A stretch of 64,000 bases of DNA from an uncultured delta proteobacterium (GCA_963828255.1 CAWHDZ010000015.1:32001-96000); one strand, 5' to 3'; shown: positions 9,886 through 21,998, counted from the first letter of the stretch. Translations and numbers: made by a program. The notes: generated by a model from the letters alone, not told the origin.

Positions 9886-10569
9886 ATGGACGGCTGCGAG
9901 GAGTTCGAGGTCGACATCGAGAGGCGGCTCCACGGCGCCCTCGGCGAGGCGGAGCGATCGCGCCTCGAGGAGCACCTGGCGGGCTGTGCGGGCTGCCGGG
10001 CCTACCAGGGCGCGGCGCGCGGGGCGGAGGCCGGGATGCGGGCCCGCGCCGGCGCGGCGGCCGCGGAGACCGACTGGGCCCGGGTCGAGCGGGGCATCCG
10101 CGGCGGGGTCCACGCCACGGTGAGGATGCTGGGCGTCGCGGTGGTCATGGCTGCCTACCTGGCCGGGATGGTGTGGCTCTCGACGGCGCCCGCGATGCGC
10201 GAGGCCCGCCTCCTGCGGATGCTCCCCGCAATGGGAATCCTCGTCGTCCTGGTCGCATTCGTGGCCGCGTACTCGGCGCGGCGCCTGGTCGCGCTGGCCG
10301 ATCGCGACGAGATGCTCGAGACCTACCGTGCGCTGGTGGCCACGAACGTCCAGTGGGCGAGGCGCATGCAGTGGGCGATCGCCGCCATCGTCGCGTTGCT
10401 GCTCTACAAGGCGCTCACCGGGACGGCCGGCGTGTTCGACCCGGCCGTCTACTACGGCGGCCTGGCCCTGCCCATGGCGGCGATCTGGCTCTACCTGCGC
10501 AGGGTGAAGTTGCCCCGGGCCGAGCGGGAGGCCCGCGACCTGGAGCTCTCCGACCGCGGGGGGCGGTAG
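9886..10569 (+). CDS. zf-HC2 anti-sigma factor, multi-TM
   Basis: C...HLAGCAGC (HxxxCxxC) followed by about 4 TM helices; adjacent to an ECF sigma. Confidence 0.85.
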   Translation: MDGCEEFEVDIERRLHGALGEAERSRLEEHLAGCAGCRAYQGAARGAEAGMRARAGAAAAETDWARVERGIRGGVHATVRMLGVAVVMAAYLAGMVWLSTAPAMREARLLRMLPAMGILVVLVAFVAAYSARRLVALADRDEMLETYRALVATNVQWARRMQWAIAAIVALLLYKALTGTAGVFDPAVYYGGLALPMAAIWLYLRRVKLPRAEREARDLELSDRGGR

Positions 10570-10570
10570 C

Positions 10571-11122
10571 GTGGCCGGGCGGCTCCCGGTGTTCTCCTCC
10601 GCCGAGGAGGCGGAGATCCTGGCCGGCGTCCGGGCCGGAGGCGCGGCGCGTCGCGGAGCCACCGACCGGCTCTTCCGGGAGCTTCGGGAGCCACTTCACG
10701 GTCTGTGCATGCACCTGACCGGCCGGCGCGCCGACGCCGAGGACGCGGTGCAGGAGGTCTTCGTGGCGGTGCACCGCGGCCTCCCCGGGTTCGCCGGGGC
10801 CTCCCGGCTCTCCACCTGGATCTACCGGATCGCGCTGCGGGCGGCGCTGCACGCCCGGGCGCGGCGGCAGGACGGGGAGCCGCTCGATCCGGAGACGTCC
10901 GGCGGGGGAGGCGAGGCCGACATGGCCTCCCGGGACGAGGCCCGCCGCGTGGCCTCGGCGATGGCCCGGCTGCCCGCCGGCCCGCGCGCCGTGCTCTCCC
11001 TCTTTGCGGTGGAGGGGCTCTCCCACCGCGAGATCGCTGACATCCTGGGCATCCCCGAGGGCACGGTCTGGTCGCGCCTCCACGCGGCGCGCCGGATGCT
11101 GCTCCAGTCACGATCCGCTTAA
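10571..11122 (+). CDS. ECF RNA polymerase sigma factor
   Basis: DAEDAVQEVF, STWIYRIA, LSHREIADILGIPEGTVWSRLHAAR. Confidence 0.93.
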   Translation: MAGRLPVFSSAEEAEILAGVRAGGAARRGATDRLFRELREPLHGLCMHLTGRRADAEDAVQEVFVAVHRGLPGFAGASRLSTWIYRIALRAALHARARRQDGEPLDPETSGGGGEADMASRDEARRVASAMARLPAGPRAVLSLFAVEGLSHREIADILGIPEGTVWSRLHAARRMLLQSRSA

Positions 11123-11200
11123 GCCCCAGGTGGGTCCTGTGAAATGGACCGCCCCGTCATACGTCCTGGGAGCTTCCATCCCATCACCCAGGGGGATCCC

Positions 11201-11632
11201 ATGAGCACGAAGCAGGTTGCGATCGCGGTCTTCACCGTCGCGCTCCTCGTCGTCGCCGCCTCGGTGACGGCAGGTGAGCCCACGTCGAAGGCGAGGTCCG
11301 TGCTGGCCCGGGGCAAGTACATCGTCGAGGGAGTGGGCATGTGCGCCGACTGCCACTCGCCGAGAAACGAGAAGGGGGAGTACGTCAAGGAGCGGTGGCT
11401 CCAGGGGGCCGCGATCACCTTCAAGCCCACCGTGCCGATGCCGTTCTGGGCGGAGGCGGCGCCGCCGCTGGCCGGTCTGCCCGGGTGGACCGACGCCCAG
11501 CTCGTCACCTTGCTCACGACCGGCAAGGACCAGAAGGGCAAGCCTCCCGAGCCGCCCATGCCGGAGTACCGGATGAGCAAGGAGGACGCCGCAGCCGTCG
11601 CCGCCTACCTGAGATCCCTCGGGAAGGGGTAG
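11201..11632 (+). CDS. periplasmic monoheme c-type cytochrome
   Basis: Signal peptide, RGKYIV, CADCHSPR, PPMP axial Met. Confidence 0.88.
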   Translation: MSTKQVAIAVFTVALLVVAASVTAGEPTSKARSVLARGKYIVEGVGMCADCHSPRNEKGEYVKERWLQGAAITFKPTVPMPFWAEAAPPLAGLPGWTDAQLVTLLTTGKDQKGKPPEPPMPEYRMSKEDAAAVAAYLRSLGKG

Positions 11633-11642
11633 CCTCCCGACC

Positions 11643-11954
11643 GTGACCGACGCGTGCCAGTACTGCGGGGCCGACCTCGACGCGGCGCCCCCGGTCCGGG
11701 AGACGGGCTTCCTCTACGGCATCGAGTGCCGCCGCTGCCCACCGGGACGGCGGCGGTCGCTCGTGCTGCCGCGCCCCGGGCCGGTGGACGCCCTCGACTG
11801 TCCCGACTGCGGCGCGGTGATCGCCCCGGCCGCCACCCACGAGGACGTGCTGGTGGTGAAGGAGATGACCTTCGTGGTCTGCCCGGGATGCGGCGAGCGC
11901 TGCGACGTCCACGCCGTGCGCAAGCTCCGGGACGTGTCGGGCGGGACCATGTAG
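11643..11954 (+). CDS. multi-CxxC zinc-finger hypothetical protein
   Basis: CQYC, CRRC, CPDC, CPGC. Confidence 0.6.
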   Translation: MTDACQYCGADLDAAPPVRETGFLYGIECRRCPPGRRRSLVLPRPGPVDALDCPDCGAVIAPAATHEDVLVVKEMTFVVCPGCGERCDVHAVRKLRDVSGGTM

Positions 11955-11958
11955 CCGC

Positions 11959-12933
11959 TCAGATCCACCCGACCTTCCGGTACCACTCCGCCGATCGGTC
12001 GATCGACTCCGCCAGGCCGACCCTGGCCTCGAAGCCCAGCACCTGCCGCGCCTTGCCCGGGTCGCACACCCACCCCGGCGCCAGCACCTGCTCGGCCAGC
12101 TTGCGGTTGATGGGGAGGTGGCGGCCGAGGAGCTTGCTCGCCACGTCGGCGAGCGAGCCGATCCCGCGCAGCACCGCCGGGGGGACGTTCACGGTCCGTG
12201 TCGTCACGCCGAGCGCCCGGGCCACCGCCCGCTGCAACCCCTCGATGCTGGTCAGGTCCGGCGACGCGACGAAGAAGGCCTGCCCCACCGCCTCGGGGCG
12301 CTCCGCGAGCAGCGCCATCCCGCGCGCGCAGTCCTCCACGTCCACCCAGGAGAGCGGCCGATCCTGGGACCCGAACGCGAGGTGGATGCCCCTCGCGGCG
12401 ATCCGGAAGAACAACAGATTCTCCTTGTCCCCCGGGCCGGTGATGCGCGGGGGGCGGGCCACGGTCACCGGGAGCCGGTCGCCGAACGTCAGCGTGAGCC
12501 GCTCGGCCTCCACCTTCGACTCCCCGTACCATTCACGCGGAGCGAACGGTTCCTCCTCGCGCCGGGGCGTGGCCGACGGGCCAGCCGCTGCCATCGATCC
12601 GGCCAGCACGAAGCGGGTGAGCCCGGGGGCGTGGGCGGCGCAGGCCTCGAGCAGGAGCCGGGTTCCTTCGGCGTTCACCCGGAAGAAGTCCTCGCGCCGG
12701 GGGGCGCGGCGGATGCCGGCCAGGTGGAAGACCACGTCGCAGCCGCGGACCGCGGCGGGCAGGCTTTCCGGGGCGGTGACGTCGCCGCAGGCCTCCTCGA
12801 CGCCCAGGCCGGAGAGCGCGCCGAGCTGGCGCCCGGGCCGGACCAGGGCCCGCACCTCGTGCCCCCCCGCGCGCAGCGCCCGGCAGAGCCAGGTCCCGAG
12901 AAACCCGCCGGCACCGGTGACGAGCGCGCGCAT
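11959..12933 (-). CDS. NAD-dependent epimerase/dehydratase family protein
   Basis: VTGAGGFLG, VFHLAG, YGESK. Confidence 0.9.
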   Translation of the reverse strand: MRALVTGAGGFLGTWLCRALRAGGHEVRALVRPGRQLGALSGLGVEEACGDVTAPESLPAAVRGCDVVFHLAGIRRAPRREDFFRVNAEGTRLLLEACAAHAPGLTRFVLAGSMAAAGPSATPRREEEPFAPREWYGESKVEAERLTLTFGDRLPVTVARPPRITGPGDKENLLFFRIAARGIHLAFGSQDRPLSWVDVEDCARGMALLAERPEAVGQAFFVASPDLTSIEGLQRAVARALGVTTRTVNVPPAVLRGIGSLADVASKLLGRHLPINRKLAEQVLAPGWVCDPGKARQVLGFEARVGLAESIDRSAEWYRKVGWI

Positions 12934-12948
12934 GCGACAAGGCTTATC

Positions 12949-14960
12949 ATGCCGCCCATGCGGACCGTCCGGGCCACCTGCCCATTCGACTGCCCCGACG
13001 CCTGCGGCCTCCTCGTCGACGTGGAGGGCGACCGGGTGGAGAAGGTCCGGGGCGACCCCGACCACCCCTACAGCCAGGGCACCCTCTGCCCCAAGGTGAA
13101 CGGCTACGAGCGGAGCGTGCACGCCGCCGGCCGGCTCACCACCCCGATGCTGCGCGACGGGCCGAAGGGGGAGGGGAAGTTCCGCCCCGTCTCCTGGGAC
13201 GAGGCCGTCGCCCATGTCGCCTCGCGCCTCCGGGAGATCGCCGCCGCCCACGGCCCCGAGTCGATCCTCCCCTACTCCTACGCCGGGACCATGGGGCTCG
13301 TGCAGCGCAACGCCGGCCACGCCTTCTTCCACGCCCTGGGGGCCTCCCGGCTCGACCGGACCATCTGCTCTCCGGCCAAGGGGGCGGGGTGGAAGGCCGT
13401 CATGGGCGAGACCGTCGCCCCCCACCCCGACGAGGTGCTCCGGAGCGACCTGGCCATCGTCTGGGGACTGAACGCCGTCGCCACCAGCATCCACTTCGCC
13501 CAGCGGGTGAAGGAGGCGCGCCGGCGCGGCGCGGAGGTCTGGGTGGTCGAGACCTACCGGACCCCCACCGCCGACCTGGCCGACCGGGTCTTCCTGGTGC
13601 GCCCCGGGAGCGACGGGGCGCTGGCGCTGGGGATGGCCCACGTCCTCTTCCGCGACGGCCTCGCCGACCTGCCTTTCCTGCGCGAGCGGGTCCAGGGATG
13701 GGAGCGCCTTCGCGACGAGGTTCTCCCGGAGTGCACGCCCGCCTGGGCGGCCGGGAAGACCGGGCTCGACGCGTCCACGGTGGAGGAGATGGCCCGCCGC
13801 TACGCCCGGCCCGCGCCCCCTTCATCCGGCTGGGGAGCGGCCTCTCCCGCTACGGCAACGGCGCCATGAACGTGCGCTGCATCACCTGCCTGCCCGCCCT
13901 CACCGGGGCCTGGACCAAGGACGGCGGCGGGCTCCTCACCTCCACCAGCGGAAGCCAGGCCTTCGACACCTCCCTCGTCACCCGGGAGGATCTCCAGCCG
14001 CGCCCCACACGGCTCGTCAACATGAACCGGCTCGGCCACGCCCTCACCCTGCTCGATTCACCCAGGGTGATGGCGATGGTGGTCTACGCCGCCAACCCGG
14101 CGGCGGTGACGCCCGACCAGGAGGCGGTGCTCCGGGGCCTCTCCCGCGACGACCTCTTCACGGTGGTGCACGAGCGCTACCTCACCGACACCGCCCGCTA
14201 CGCCGACGTCCTCCTCCCCGCCACCACCGCGCTGGAGCACGACGACCTCTACTGCTCCTATGGACAGTACGTGATCCAGCGGGTCGCGCCGGCCGTGGCG
14301 CCGGTCGGGCAGTCCTGGTCCAACTGGGATCTCTTCCGGCGGCTGGCCGTCGAGATGGGGCTCCCCCAGCCCTTCTTCCGGCAGACCTCGCGCGACCTGG
14401 TGGACGCGCTGCTGGCGAAACCGGCGGTGCTGCGCACCGGCATCGACGAGGAAGCGCTCGCCGAGGGGCGGGGTGTCGAGCTCGCGCTCCCCCCCGGCGC
14501 GAAGGGCGCCTTCCGGACGCCGTCCGGAAAGGTCGAGATCGAGAACCCGCGCCAGCGCCACCCGCTGCCCCGCTGGATGCCCAGCCACGAGGAGGTCGGG
14601 GAGCTGCCCTTCCGGCTCATGACCGGTGCCTCGGTGTGGGGGCTCAACTCCTCCTTCCGGGAGCGGCCCGAGCTGCGCGAGCGGGAGGGTGAGCCGGCTC
14701 TCATGGTGAACCCCGCCGACGCGGCGGCTCGTGGGCTCACAGGTCCGCGGGTGGTGGCCTGGAACGCGCTCGGGGAGGCCAGCTTTGCACTGGACGTCAC
14801 CGACCGGACCCCGCCAGGGGTGGTGATCGCCGAGGGAGTGCCCTGGCTTTCCCATGTCCAGGGCGGGCGGACGGTGAACGCCCTGACCTCCCAGCGGCTC
14901 ACCGACGAGGGCGCTGGAAGCACGTTTTACGACAACCGGGTGGCCCTCCGTTCCGGCTGA
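12949..14960 (+). CDS. molybdopterin-dependent oxidoreductase (frameshift near 13810)
   Basis: CPFDCPDAC...LCPK 4Fe-4S motif, [37 protein letters not shown]. Two frames join as [12 protein letters not shown] with one added base. Confidence 0.88.
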
Positions 14961-15015
14961 CAGCTTCGCCGGGGTGGGGTATAAGCGGACCCCCCTATCG
15001 CCAAGGAGACGACGC

Positions 15016-17592
15016 GTGAGCAACCCCGTCATCGACGCTTATCTGAAGCACGTTGAGGAGCGGAAGGGGCAGGGCATCCCCCCCCGCCAGCTCGACCCGG
15101 AGCAGACCCAGGAGGTGGTGAAGCTCCTGCAGAAGCCGCCCAAGGGGCAGGAGGCCTTCCTCCTCGAGCTCCTCCGCGACCGCGTCTCCCCCGGCGTGGA
15201 CCCCGCCGCCGAGGTGAAGGCGGCCTTCCTGGCCGAGGTCGTCACCGGGAAGAAGAAGTCGCCGGTCCTCACCAAGAAGGACGCCGTCTTCATGCTCGGC
15301 ACCATGGGCGGCGGCTACAACGTCCCGCCGCTCGTCGCCACGCTCAAGGTGAAGGGTCTCGCCGACGACGCCGCCAAGGCCCTCTCCGGCCTGACCTACG
15401 TCTACGACTCCTTCGACGACGTGGCCGCCCTCGCCAAGGCCAAGAACGCCGCCGCAAAGGTGGTGCTCGAGTCCTGGGCCGCGGCCGAGTGGTTCACCTC
15501 CCGCCCGGGAATCCCCGACTCGGTGAAGGTGAAGGTCTTCAAGGTCGACGGCGAGATCAACACCGACGACTTCTCCCCGGCCGGCGACGCCTCCACCCGC
15601 CCGGACATCCCGCTCCACGCGCTCGCCATGGGCAAGACCCGCTTCCCCACGGGCCTGAAGACCATCGCCGAGTTCCGCAAGGACGGGTTCCAGGTGGCCT
15701 TCGTGGGCGACGTGGTGGGGACCGGCTCGTCCCGCAAGTCGGCCATCAACTCGGTGCTCTGGGCCATCGGGGAGGACATCCCGCACGTGCCCAACAAGAG
15801 GCGCAACGGCGTCATCATCGGCGGGGTCATCGCCCCCATCTTCTTCAACACCGCCGAGGACTCGGGCGCGCTCCCCATCAAGGCCGACGTCTCGAAGCTC
15901 AAGACCGGCGACGTGGTCACCATCGACTTCAAGAAGGGGGAGGTCCGCTCCGATTCGGGGGAGGTGCTCACCACCTTCAAGCTCCAGCCGGAGAACCTCG
16001 GCGACGAATACCGCGCCGGCGGCCGCATCCCGCTCATCATCGGCCGCGCCATCACCGACCGGGCCCGCAAGCTCCTCAAGAAGGGGCCGGCGAGCACCTT
16101 CATGGTGAAGAAGAACCCCGAGCCGAAGAAGGGGCAGGGCTACACGCTGGCCCAGAAGATGGTGGGCAAGGCCTGCGGCATCCCGGGTGCGCTGCCGGGC
16201 TGGTACGTCGAGCCCCGCATGACCACGGTGGGCAGCCAGGACACCACCGGCCCCATGACCGCCGACGAGCTGAAGGAGCTCGCCTGCCTCAGGTTCCAGG
16301 CGCCCATGGTCATGCAGTCCTTCTGCCACACCGCGGCCTACCCCAAGGCGGCCGACGTCAAGATGCACAAGACGCTGCCGGCCTTCGTGAACGAGCGTGG
16401 TGGCGTGTCGCTGCGTCCGGGCGATGGCGTCATCCACTCCTGGTTGAACCGGCTCCTGCTCCCCGACACGGTAGGCACCGGCGGCGACAGCCACACCCGC
16501 TTCCCCATCGGCATCAGCTTCCCGGCCGGGTCGGGCCTGGTGGCCTTCGCCGGCGCGCTGGGCTTCATGCCGCTCGACATGCCGGAGAGCGTGCTGGTCC
16601 GCTTCAAGGGCAAGCTCAACCCCGGCATCACGCTGCGTGACGTGGTGAACGCCATCCCCTACCGGGCCATCCAGGAGGGGCTGCTCACCGTGCCCAAGAA
16701 GGGGAAGAAGAACGTCTTCAACGGCCGGATCCTCGAGATGGAAGGGCTGCCCGACCTCACCGTGGAGCAGGCCTTCGAGCTCACCGACGCCGCCGCCGAG
16801 CGCAGCGCCGCCGCCGCCGCGGTGAAGCTCTCCGAGAAGACCGTGGCCGCCTACCTCCGCTCCAACGTGGCCCTCATGAAGAAGATGATCGCCACCGGCT
16901 ACCAGGACGCGAAGACGCTCGCGGGGCGCATCGCCGCCGCCGAGAAGTGGCTCAAGAAGCCCGAGCTGCTCGCGGCCGACAAGAACGCCGAGTACGCGGC
17001 GGTCATCGAGATCGACCTGGCCCAGATCACCGAGCCCATCCTGGCCTGCCCCAACGACCCCGACGACGTGAAGCTCCTCAGCGACGTCGCCAACACCAAG
17101 ATCGACGACGTCTTCCTGGGCTCTTGCATGACGAACATCGGCCACTTCCGCGCCGCCGGCGAGATCTGGAAGGGGCAGAAGTTCAACCCGGCCGTGCGCA
17201 CCTGGATCTGCCCGCCCACCCGGATGGACCAGCAGGAGCTGCGCGACGAGGCCTACTTCACCGTGTTCAGCCAGATCGGCGCCCGCATCGAGATGGCCGG
17301 TTGCTCGCTCTGCATGGGCAACCAGGCCCGCGTCCCCGGCAAGACCAACGTGTTCTCCACGTCGACCCGCAACTTCGACGACCGGATGGGCGACGGCGCC
17401 CAGGTGTTCCTGGGGTCGGCCGAGCTGGGCGCGGTGGCCTCCAACCTGGGGCGGCTGCCCACCAAGGAGGAGTACTTCGCGGCCTACGCCGAGAAGATCG
17501 CGCCGCGTTTCGAGAAGGTCTACCGGTACCTCCAGTTCGACGAACTGGCCGAGTATCAGCCGGCCGGCAAGAAGGGGCTTCGCGTCGCCTGA
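15016..17592 (+). CDS. acnB: aconitate hydratase B
   Basis: [67 protein letters not shown]. Confidence 0.96.
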   Translation: MSNPVIDAYLKHVEERKGQGIPPRQLDPEQTQEVVKLLQKPPKGQEAFLLELLRDRVSPGVDPAAEVKAAFLAEVVTGKKKSPVLTKKDAVFMLGTMGGGYNVPPLVATLKVKGLADDAAKALSGLTYVYDSFDDVAALAKAKNAAAKVVLESWAAAEWFTSRPGIPDSVKVKVFKVDGEINTDDFSPAGDASTRPDIPLHALAMGKTRFPTGLKTIAEFRKDGFQVAFVGDVVGTGSSRKSAINSVLWAIGEDIPHVPNKRRNGVIIGGVIAPIFFNTAEDSGALPIKADVSKLKTGDVVTIDFKKGEVRSDSGEVLTTFKLQPENLGDEYRAGGRIPLIIGRAITDRARKLLKKGPASTFMVKKNPEPKKGQGYTLAQKMVGKACGIPGALPGWYVEPRMTTVGSQDTTGPMTADELKELACLRFQAPMVMQSFCHTAAYPKAADVKMHKTLPAFVNERGGVSLRPGDGVIHSWLNRLLLPDTVGTGGDSHTRFPIGISFPAGSGLVAFAGALGFMPLDMPESVLVRFKGKLNPGITLRDVVNAIPYRAIQEGLLTVPKKGKKNVFNGRILEMEGLPDLTVEQAFELTDAAAERSAAAAAVKLSEKTVAAYLRSNVALMKKMIATGYQDAKTLAGRIAAAEKWLKKPELLAADKNAEYAAVIEIDLAQITEPILACPNDPDDVKLLSDVANTKIDDVFLGSCMTNIGHFRAAGEIWKGQKFNPAVRTWICPPTRMDQQELRDEAYFTVFSQIGARIEMAGCSLCMGNQARVPGKTNVFSTSTRNFDDRMGDGAQVFLGSAELGAVASNLGRLPTKEEYFAAYAEKIAPRFEKVYRYLQFDELAEYQPAGKKGLRVA

Positions 17593-17674
17593 TCGGAACG
17601 CACCGCGCTGATCCGACGGGCCGTTCCCGGGGTGGGGGCGGCCCGTGGTGCGTGCGGCCTCGCGGAGAGCGCGA

Positions 17675-18109
17675 TCAGGCCGGGGTGTGCCCCGAGACCC
17701 AGCGCTCCATCTCGCCCGCCGGCATGACGCCGCTGTGGCGGGCGATCTCCTGGCCGCCGAGGAAGAGGACGAAGGTGGGGATGGCCCGGATCCCGAGCCG
17801 GGCGGCGGCCTCCTGCTCCTCGTCGCTGTTCACCTTGAGGACGAGCAGGTCCCCGGCCGTCCTGCGCCCCAGGTCGGCGAAGATGGGTGCGGCCGTCCGG
17901 CACGGGCCGCACCAGGGAGCCCAGAAGTCCACCAGGACCGGCACGGGGGAGTTGCGGACCGCGGATTCGAGCTGGGGGCCGGTGACTGCGCGGGGCTCGC
18001 CCGAGACGTCGAGGCCGGACTTGCACTTGCCGCAGACCGGGGCCGAGCCTGGCGGGGCGGCTCCGATGCGATTGAGGGCGCCGCAGCGGGCGCAGAGGTG
18101 TGCCTTCAT
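17675..18109 (-). CDS. trxC: thioredoxin 2 (Zn-finger thioredoxin)
   Basis: CARC...CGKC N-terminal Zn site plus WCGPC. Confidence 0.9.
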   Translation of the reverse strand: MKAHLCARCGALNRIGAAPPGSAPVCGKCKSGLDVSGEPRAVTGPQLESAVRNSPVPVLVDFWAPWCGPCRTAAPIFADLGRRTAGDLLVLKVNSDEEQEAAARLGIRAIPTFVLFLGGQEIARHSGVMPAGEMERWVSGHTPA

Positions 18110-18207
18110 CGGAGGAAGGGTAAGCACGCCTGGCGAGGAGGCAAGCGGGGGCCCCGCCGACCGCCGCCGGGCTTGCAGGCGCGGGGGCCGTCGCGTATCA
18201 GCCATGC

Positions 18208-18882
18208 ATGCCCCGCGTGGACGCCATCGAGATCGTCGAGGACTTCACCGCATCCGCACGCTGCGACGAGGGATTCCTGCACGTGCGCAGGTACCGCGCC
18301 CGGAACCGGCGGGCCGACGGTCCGCCCTCCGGCACCTACCGCATCGACGTCCTCGACCGCCCCTCCCTCGACGCCGTGGCGGTCTGCCTCTGGGCGCGGA
18401 CGCCCCGGGGGGTGGAGGTGCTGCTCCGGCGGCAGCTGCGGCCGGCGGTCCTGTTCCGGCGCGGGAAGGTGCGTGCGCTCCCGGAGGCCGAGTCGCTGCT
18501 CCACGAGGAGATCGTGGCGGGGCTGGTCGAGCCTGGGGAGAAGGGGCTCGACGCGCTCCGGCGACGCGGCGCCGACGAGGCCAGGGAGGAGGCGGGCATC
18601 GAGGTGGACCCGTCGCGCCTCTCGCCGCTGGGGGCCGCCTTCTACATGCTCCCCGGGATCATCTCGGAGAAGATCCACCTGCTCGAGGCGGAGGTTCCCC
18701 GTGGCGACGCCGCGGGAGAGCACGACGCGCCGCTGGAAGGCGACGGCTCGCCCCTCGAGGAGGGGGCGACCCTGATCTGGCGCGGCCTCGACGAGGCCAT
18801 CGCCGCCTGCGAATCGGGGGAGATTGAGGATGCCAAGTCGGAGCTGGCCTTCCGCCGGCTGCGCGACCGGGTCCGGAGCTGA
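18208..18882 (+). CDS. NUDIX hydrolase (ADP-ribose pyrophosphatase-like)
   Basis: AGLVEPGE...EAREEAG Nudix box, IEDAKSE. Confidence 0.85.
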   Translation: MPRVDAIEIVEDFTASARCDEGFLHVRRYRARNRRADGPPSGTYRIDVLDRPSLDAVAVCLWARTPRGVEVLLRRQLRPAVLFRRGKVRALPEAESLLHEEIVAGLVEPGEKGLDALRRRGADEAREEAGIEVDPSRLSPLGAAFYMLPGIISEKIHLLEAEVPRGDAAGEHDAPLEGDGSPLEEGATLIWRGLDEAIAACESGEIEDAKSELAFRRLRDRVRS

Positions 18883-18904
18883 GACGAAGCACGAGGAGGA
18901 TTCC

Positions 18905-20335
18905 ATGGCCGCCACCCGACGAACCCGCAAGCCCGCCTCCCGCGGAGGACGAACCCGTGTGGAGCGGGACACCATGGGTGAAGTGAAGGTGCCGGCGACC
19001 GCGCTCTGGGGCGCCCAGACCGCCCGGGCGGTGGCGAACTTCGCCATCTCCGGGCTGCGCGAGCCGAGCGCGCTGGTCCACGCCGTCGTCCGGGTGAAGC
19101 TCGCCGCCGCGCGGGTGAACGCGCGGCTCGGGCTCCTCCCGCGCCGCAAGGGGCGCGCCATCGAGGCGGCCTGCCGGGAGGTGCTGGCCGGCCGGTGGGA
19201 CGGGCAGTTCGTGGTGGACGCCTACCAGGCGGGCGCCGGGACCTCGTTCCACATGAACGTGAACGAGGTGCTGGCCAACCGGGCCGCCGAGATCCTGGGC
19301 GGCCGGCGCGGCGACCGCTCGGTCGATCCCAACGACGACGTCAACATGGCCCAGTCCACCAACGACGTCATCCCCACCGCCATGCGTCTCGCCGCGCTCT
19401 CCACCGCGCCGCGCGTCGTGGAAGCCCTGGAGGGGCTCTCGGCCACCTTCGCCCGCAAGGCGCGGGCCTGGGACGGCATCGTCAAGGCGGGGCGGACCCA
19501 CCTCATGGACGCCACTCCCATCCGGCTCGGGCAGGAGGTCTCCGGCTGGTCCGCGGCCCTCTCGGCGGCGGCGGCGCGGGTGAACGACGCCCTGCCCGAG
19601 CTCGCCGCGCTGGGCATCGGCGGCACCGCCGTGGGCACCGGCGTGAACGCGCACCCCCGCTACCGGGAACTCGTGGTGAAGGAGCTCTCCCGGATCTGCG
19701 ACGTCCCGCTCTTCGCGGCGCCAAACCCCTTCTACGCCATGCAGTCATTGGCCCCCTTCGCGGCCCTCTCGTCGGCCATGAGGCTTTCGGCCCTCGAGCT
19801 CACCCGCATCGGCGGCGACGTCCGGCTGCTGTCCTCGGGGCCGGCCACCGGGCTCGGGGAGCTGCGGCTGCCGGCGGTGCAGCCCGGGTCGTCGATCATG
19901 CCCGGCAAGGTGAACCCGTCCATGGCCGAGATGCTCGCCATGGTGAGCCACCAGGTCATCGGCCTCGACGAGGCCATCGCCTGGGCCACCGCCGCAGGCC
20001 AGCTGGAGCTGAACGTGACCATGCCGCTCGTGGCATGGGACCTCCTGCACCAGATCGAGATCCTGGCCAGCGGGGTCCGGGCCTTCGACCTCCGGCTGGC
20101 CCGGGGGCTCCAGGCCGACGCCGGGCGGGCCCGCTTCTTCGCCGACCGGACCGTGAGCCTGGCCACCGCGCTCGCGCCGCGCATCGGGTACGAGGCGGCC
20201 GCCGCCATCGTGAAGGAGTCGGTCCGGACCGGCCGGTCGATCGCCGACCTCTCGGTGGAGCGGGCCGGGATCCCGGCCCGGGAGGCCCGCAGGCTCCTCG
20301 ATCCGGCCCGGATGACGCGTCCGGGGCGCGGCTGA
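18905..20335 (+). CDS. class II fumarate hydratase / aspartate ammonia-lyase family protein
   Basis: ERDTMG, WGAQTAR, QSTND, GRTHLMDA, GSSIMPGKVNP signature. Confidence 0.92.
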   Translation: MAATRRTRKPASRGGRTRVERDTMGEVKVPATALWGAQTARAVANFAISGLREPSALVHAVVRVKLAAARVNARLGLLPRRKGRAIEAACREVLAGRWDGQFVVDAYQAGAGTSFHMNVNEVLANRAAEILGGRRGDRSVDPNDDVNMAQSTNDVIPTAMRLAALSTAPRVVEALEGLSATFARKARAWDGIVKAGRTHLMDATPIRLGQEVSGWSAALSAAAARVNDALPELAALGIGGTAVGTGVNAHPRYRELVVKELSRICDVPLFAAPNPFYAMQSLAPFAALSSAMRLSALELTRIGGDVRLLSSGPATGLGELRLPAVQPGSSIMPGKVNPSMAEMLAMVSHQVIGLDEAIAWATAAGQLELNVTMPLVAWDLLHQIEILASGVRAFDLRLARGLQADAGRARFFADRTVSLATALAPRIGYEAAAAIVKESVRTGRSIADLSVERAGIPAREARRLLDPARMTRPGRG

Positions 20336-20388
20336 GTCGCGGCCGAGGGAGCCCGCGCCGCCGCGCCGGTATAGGATGTTTCACCCCC

Positions 20389-21998
20389 ATGACGGTCGCC
20401 CGCCTCGCCTCCCTCCTCCTGCTCGCCGCGCTCGCCCTGCCGGCCCGGGGGGCGCCCAAGGGATCGGTGACCGGGATCCTCCGCTACAGGGGGTGCCTGA
20501 CCGGCGTCCCCGGGGCGACCGTCTCGGTCATCGGCCGGGAGAAGCAGGCGCGCAGCGACACGGGGGGCCGGTTCCTCCTCGAGCTCCCACCCGGGAAGTA
20601 CTCCCTCGTCATCCGGGGGCCGAGCCTGGTGCCCGACCAGCGGGTGGACGAGGTCGCGGTCGGCGCCGGGAAGCTCTCCGACCTGGGGATCGTCGAGGTC
20701 TGGGCCGACGAACGCCCCGCGCTCTGCGTTCCCGACGCCGCGGCGGCGGCCATGACCGGCGGCGTCGAGCCCACGGTGGCGGCGGCGCCCGACCTCCCGG
20801 CCATCGACCTCCCGGGCAACCAGGTGACGGTCGGTGGATCGACCCAGGGGCAGGTGCTGGTGCGCGGATCCCCCGGCACCGGGCCCGGCCAGTTCGGCCT
20901 GCAGGGCAATCCCACCCGGGACGACGAGGACGCACTCGGCCCTCCCACCTTCGCCGTGGGCCCGGCCGGAGGCCTGCTGGTCCTCGACGTCCTGAACGGC
21001 CGGATCGAGCGCTTCGACCCGCGCGGAAAGCACCAGGGGTCGTTCCCGGTGGCCCGCCCGGGCGCCGAGCCGGTCTTCGAGTCGGACATCGCCGTGGCCG
21101 ACGACGGCGCCATCTTCCTCGTCACGGAGAGCGAGAACCCGACGCTCACCCAGTTCGACCCGTCCGGCAGGGTGCTGCTCTCCGGCGCGCTGCCCCCGTC
21201 GTTCAAGGGGGTGGACCAGATCGTCTCGGTGCGGGGTCGCCCGACCTTCCTCATGCTGAACGGCCAGTCGGTCCGGGCCGAGCTGGGATGGGGCGGGATC
21301 CGTGCAGAGGGGCCGCGCCCCGGGCTGCCGGCCGGCGACGTCTTCGTCCAGGCCGAGAGGGCCGGGCGCTGGTCGGCGCTGGTCCGCTTCGCCGCCGCCG
21401 ACGGGATCGTTCGACGGACCGTGAACCTGCGCTCGGCCGTCCCCATCGCCCGGGTCCGGCTGGTGGGCGTGAACCGGCGTGGGGACGTGGTGCTGGCGGT
21501 GGACCGGCAGGACGGCGCCGACGACGAGTCCACCCGGGCCGAGGTCCTGCTCGTGTCGCTCACGCCGCAGGGGCAGATTGCCGGCACGGTGGTGGCGCCC
21601 CCGGGCGACCGGCGCTGGCTCTTCCGGGAGTTCGCGCTCGCCCCCGACGGCTCGGTGATCCAGATGCAGTCCGACCTGGCCGAGGTCCGGCTGGTGCGCT
21701 GGCCGCTGCCGTCGTCGCCCAAGGACGGGGCGGCGGGGGAGGGGATCCTGCGGGGGCGGATCCTCGACGGGGCCCGCCCGGCCGTCGGGGCCGCGGTGTC
21801 CGTGGCCCGGGCCCATCGATCGACCCTGGTGGGGCCGGACGGCGCGTTCGAGCTCCGGCTTCCCCCGGGACCTGGATGATCGCCTTCCGCCGTTCCTCCA
21901 CGCCGGGCGTCCCGGAGCCCGCGCCCACCGAGGTCAAGGTGACGGTGACCGGCGGCGGAACCATCGACGTGGGCACGGTTCAGCTCGCCGCGCCCTGA
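20389..21998 (+). CDS. secreted protein with carboxypeptidase-regulatory-like domains and an NHL/beta-propeller-like core (frameshift near 21868)
   Basis: Signal peptide; GSVTGILR..GATVSV..SDTGGRF; GSPGTGPGQF..GPPTFAVGP..VLDVLNGRIERF; C-terminus continues in another frame (PGTWMIAF). Confidence 0.7.
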
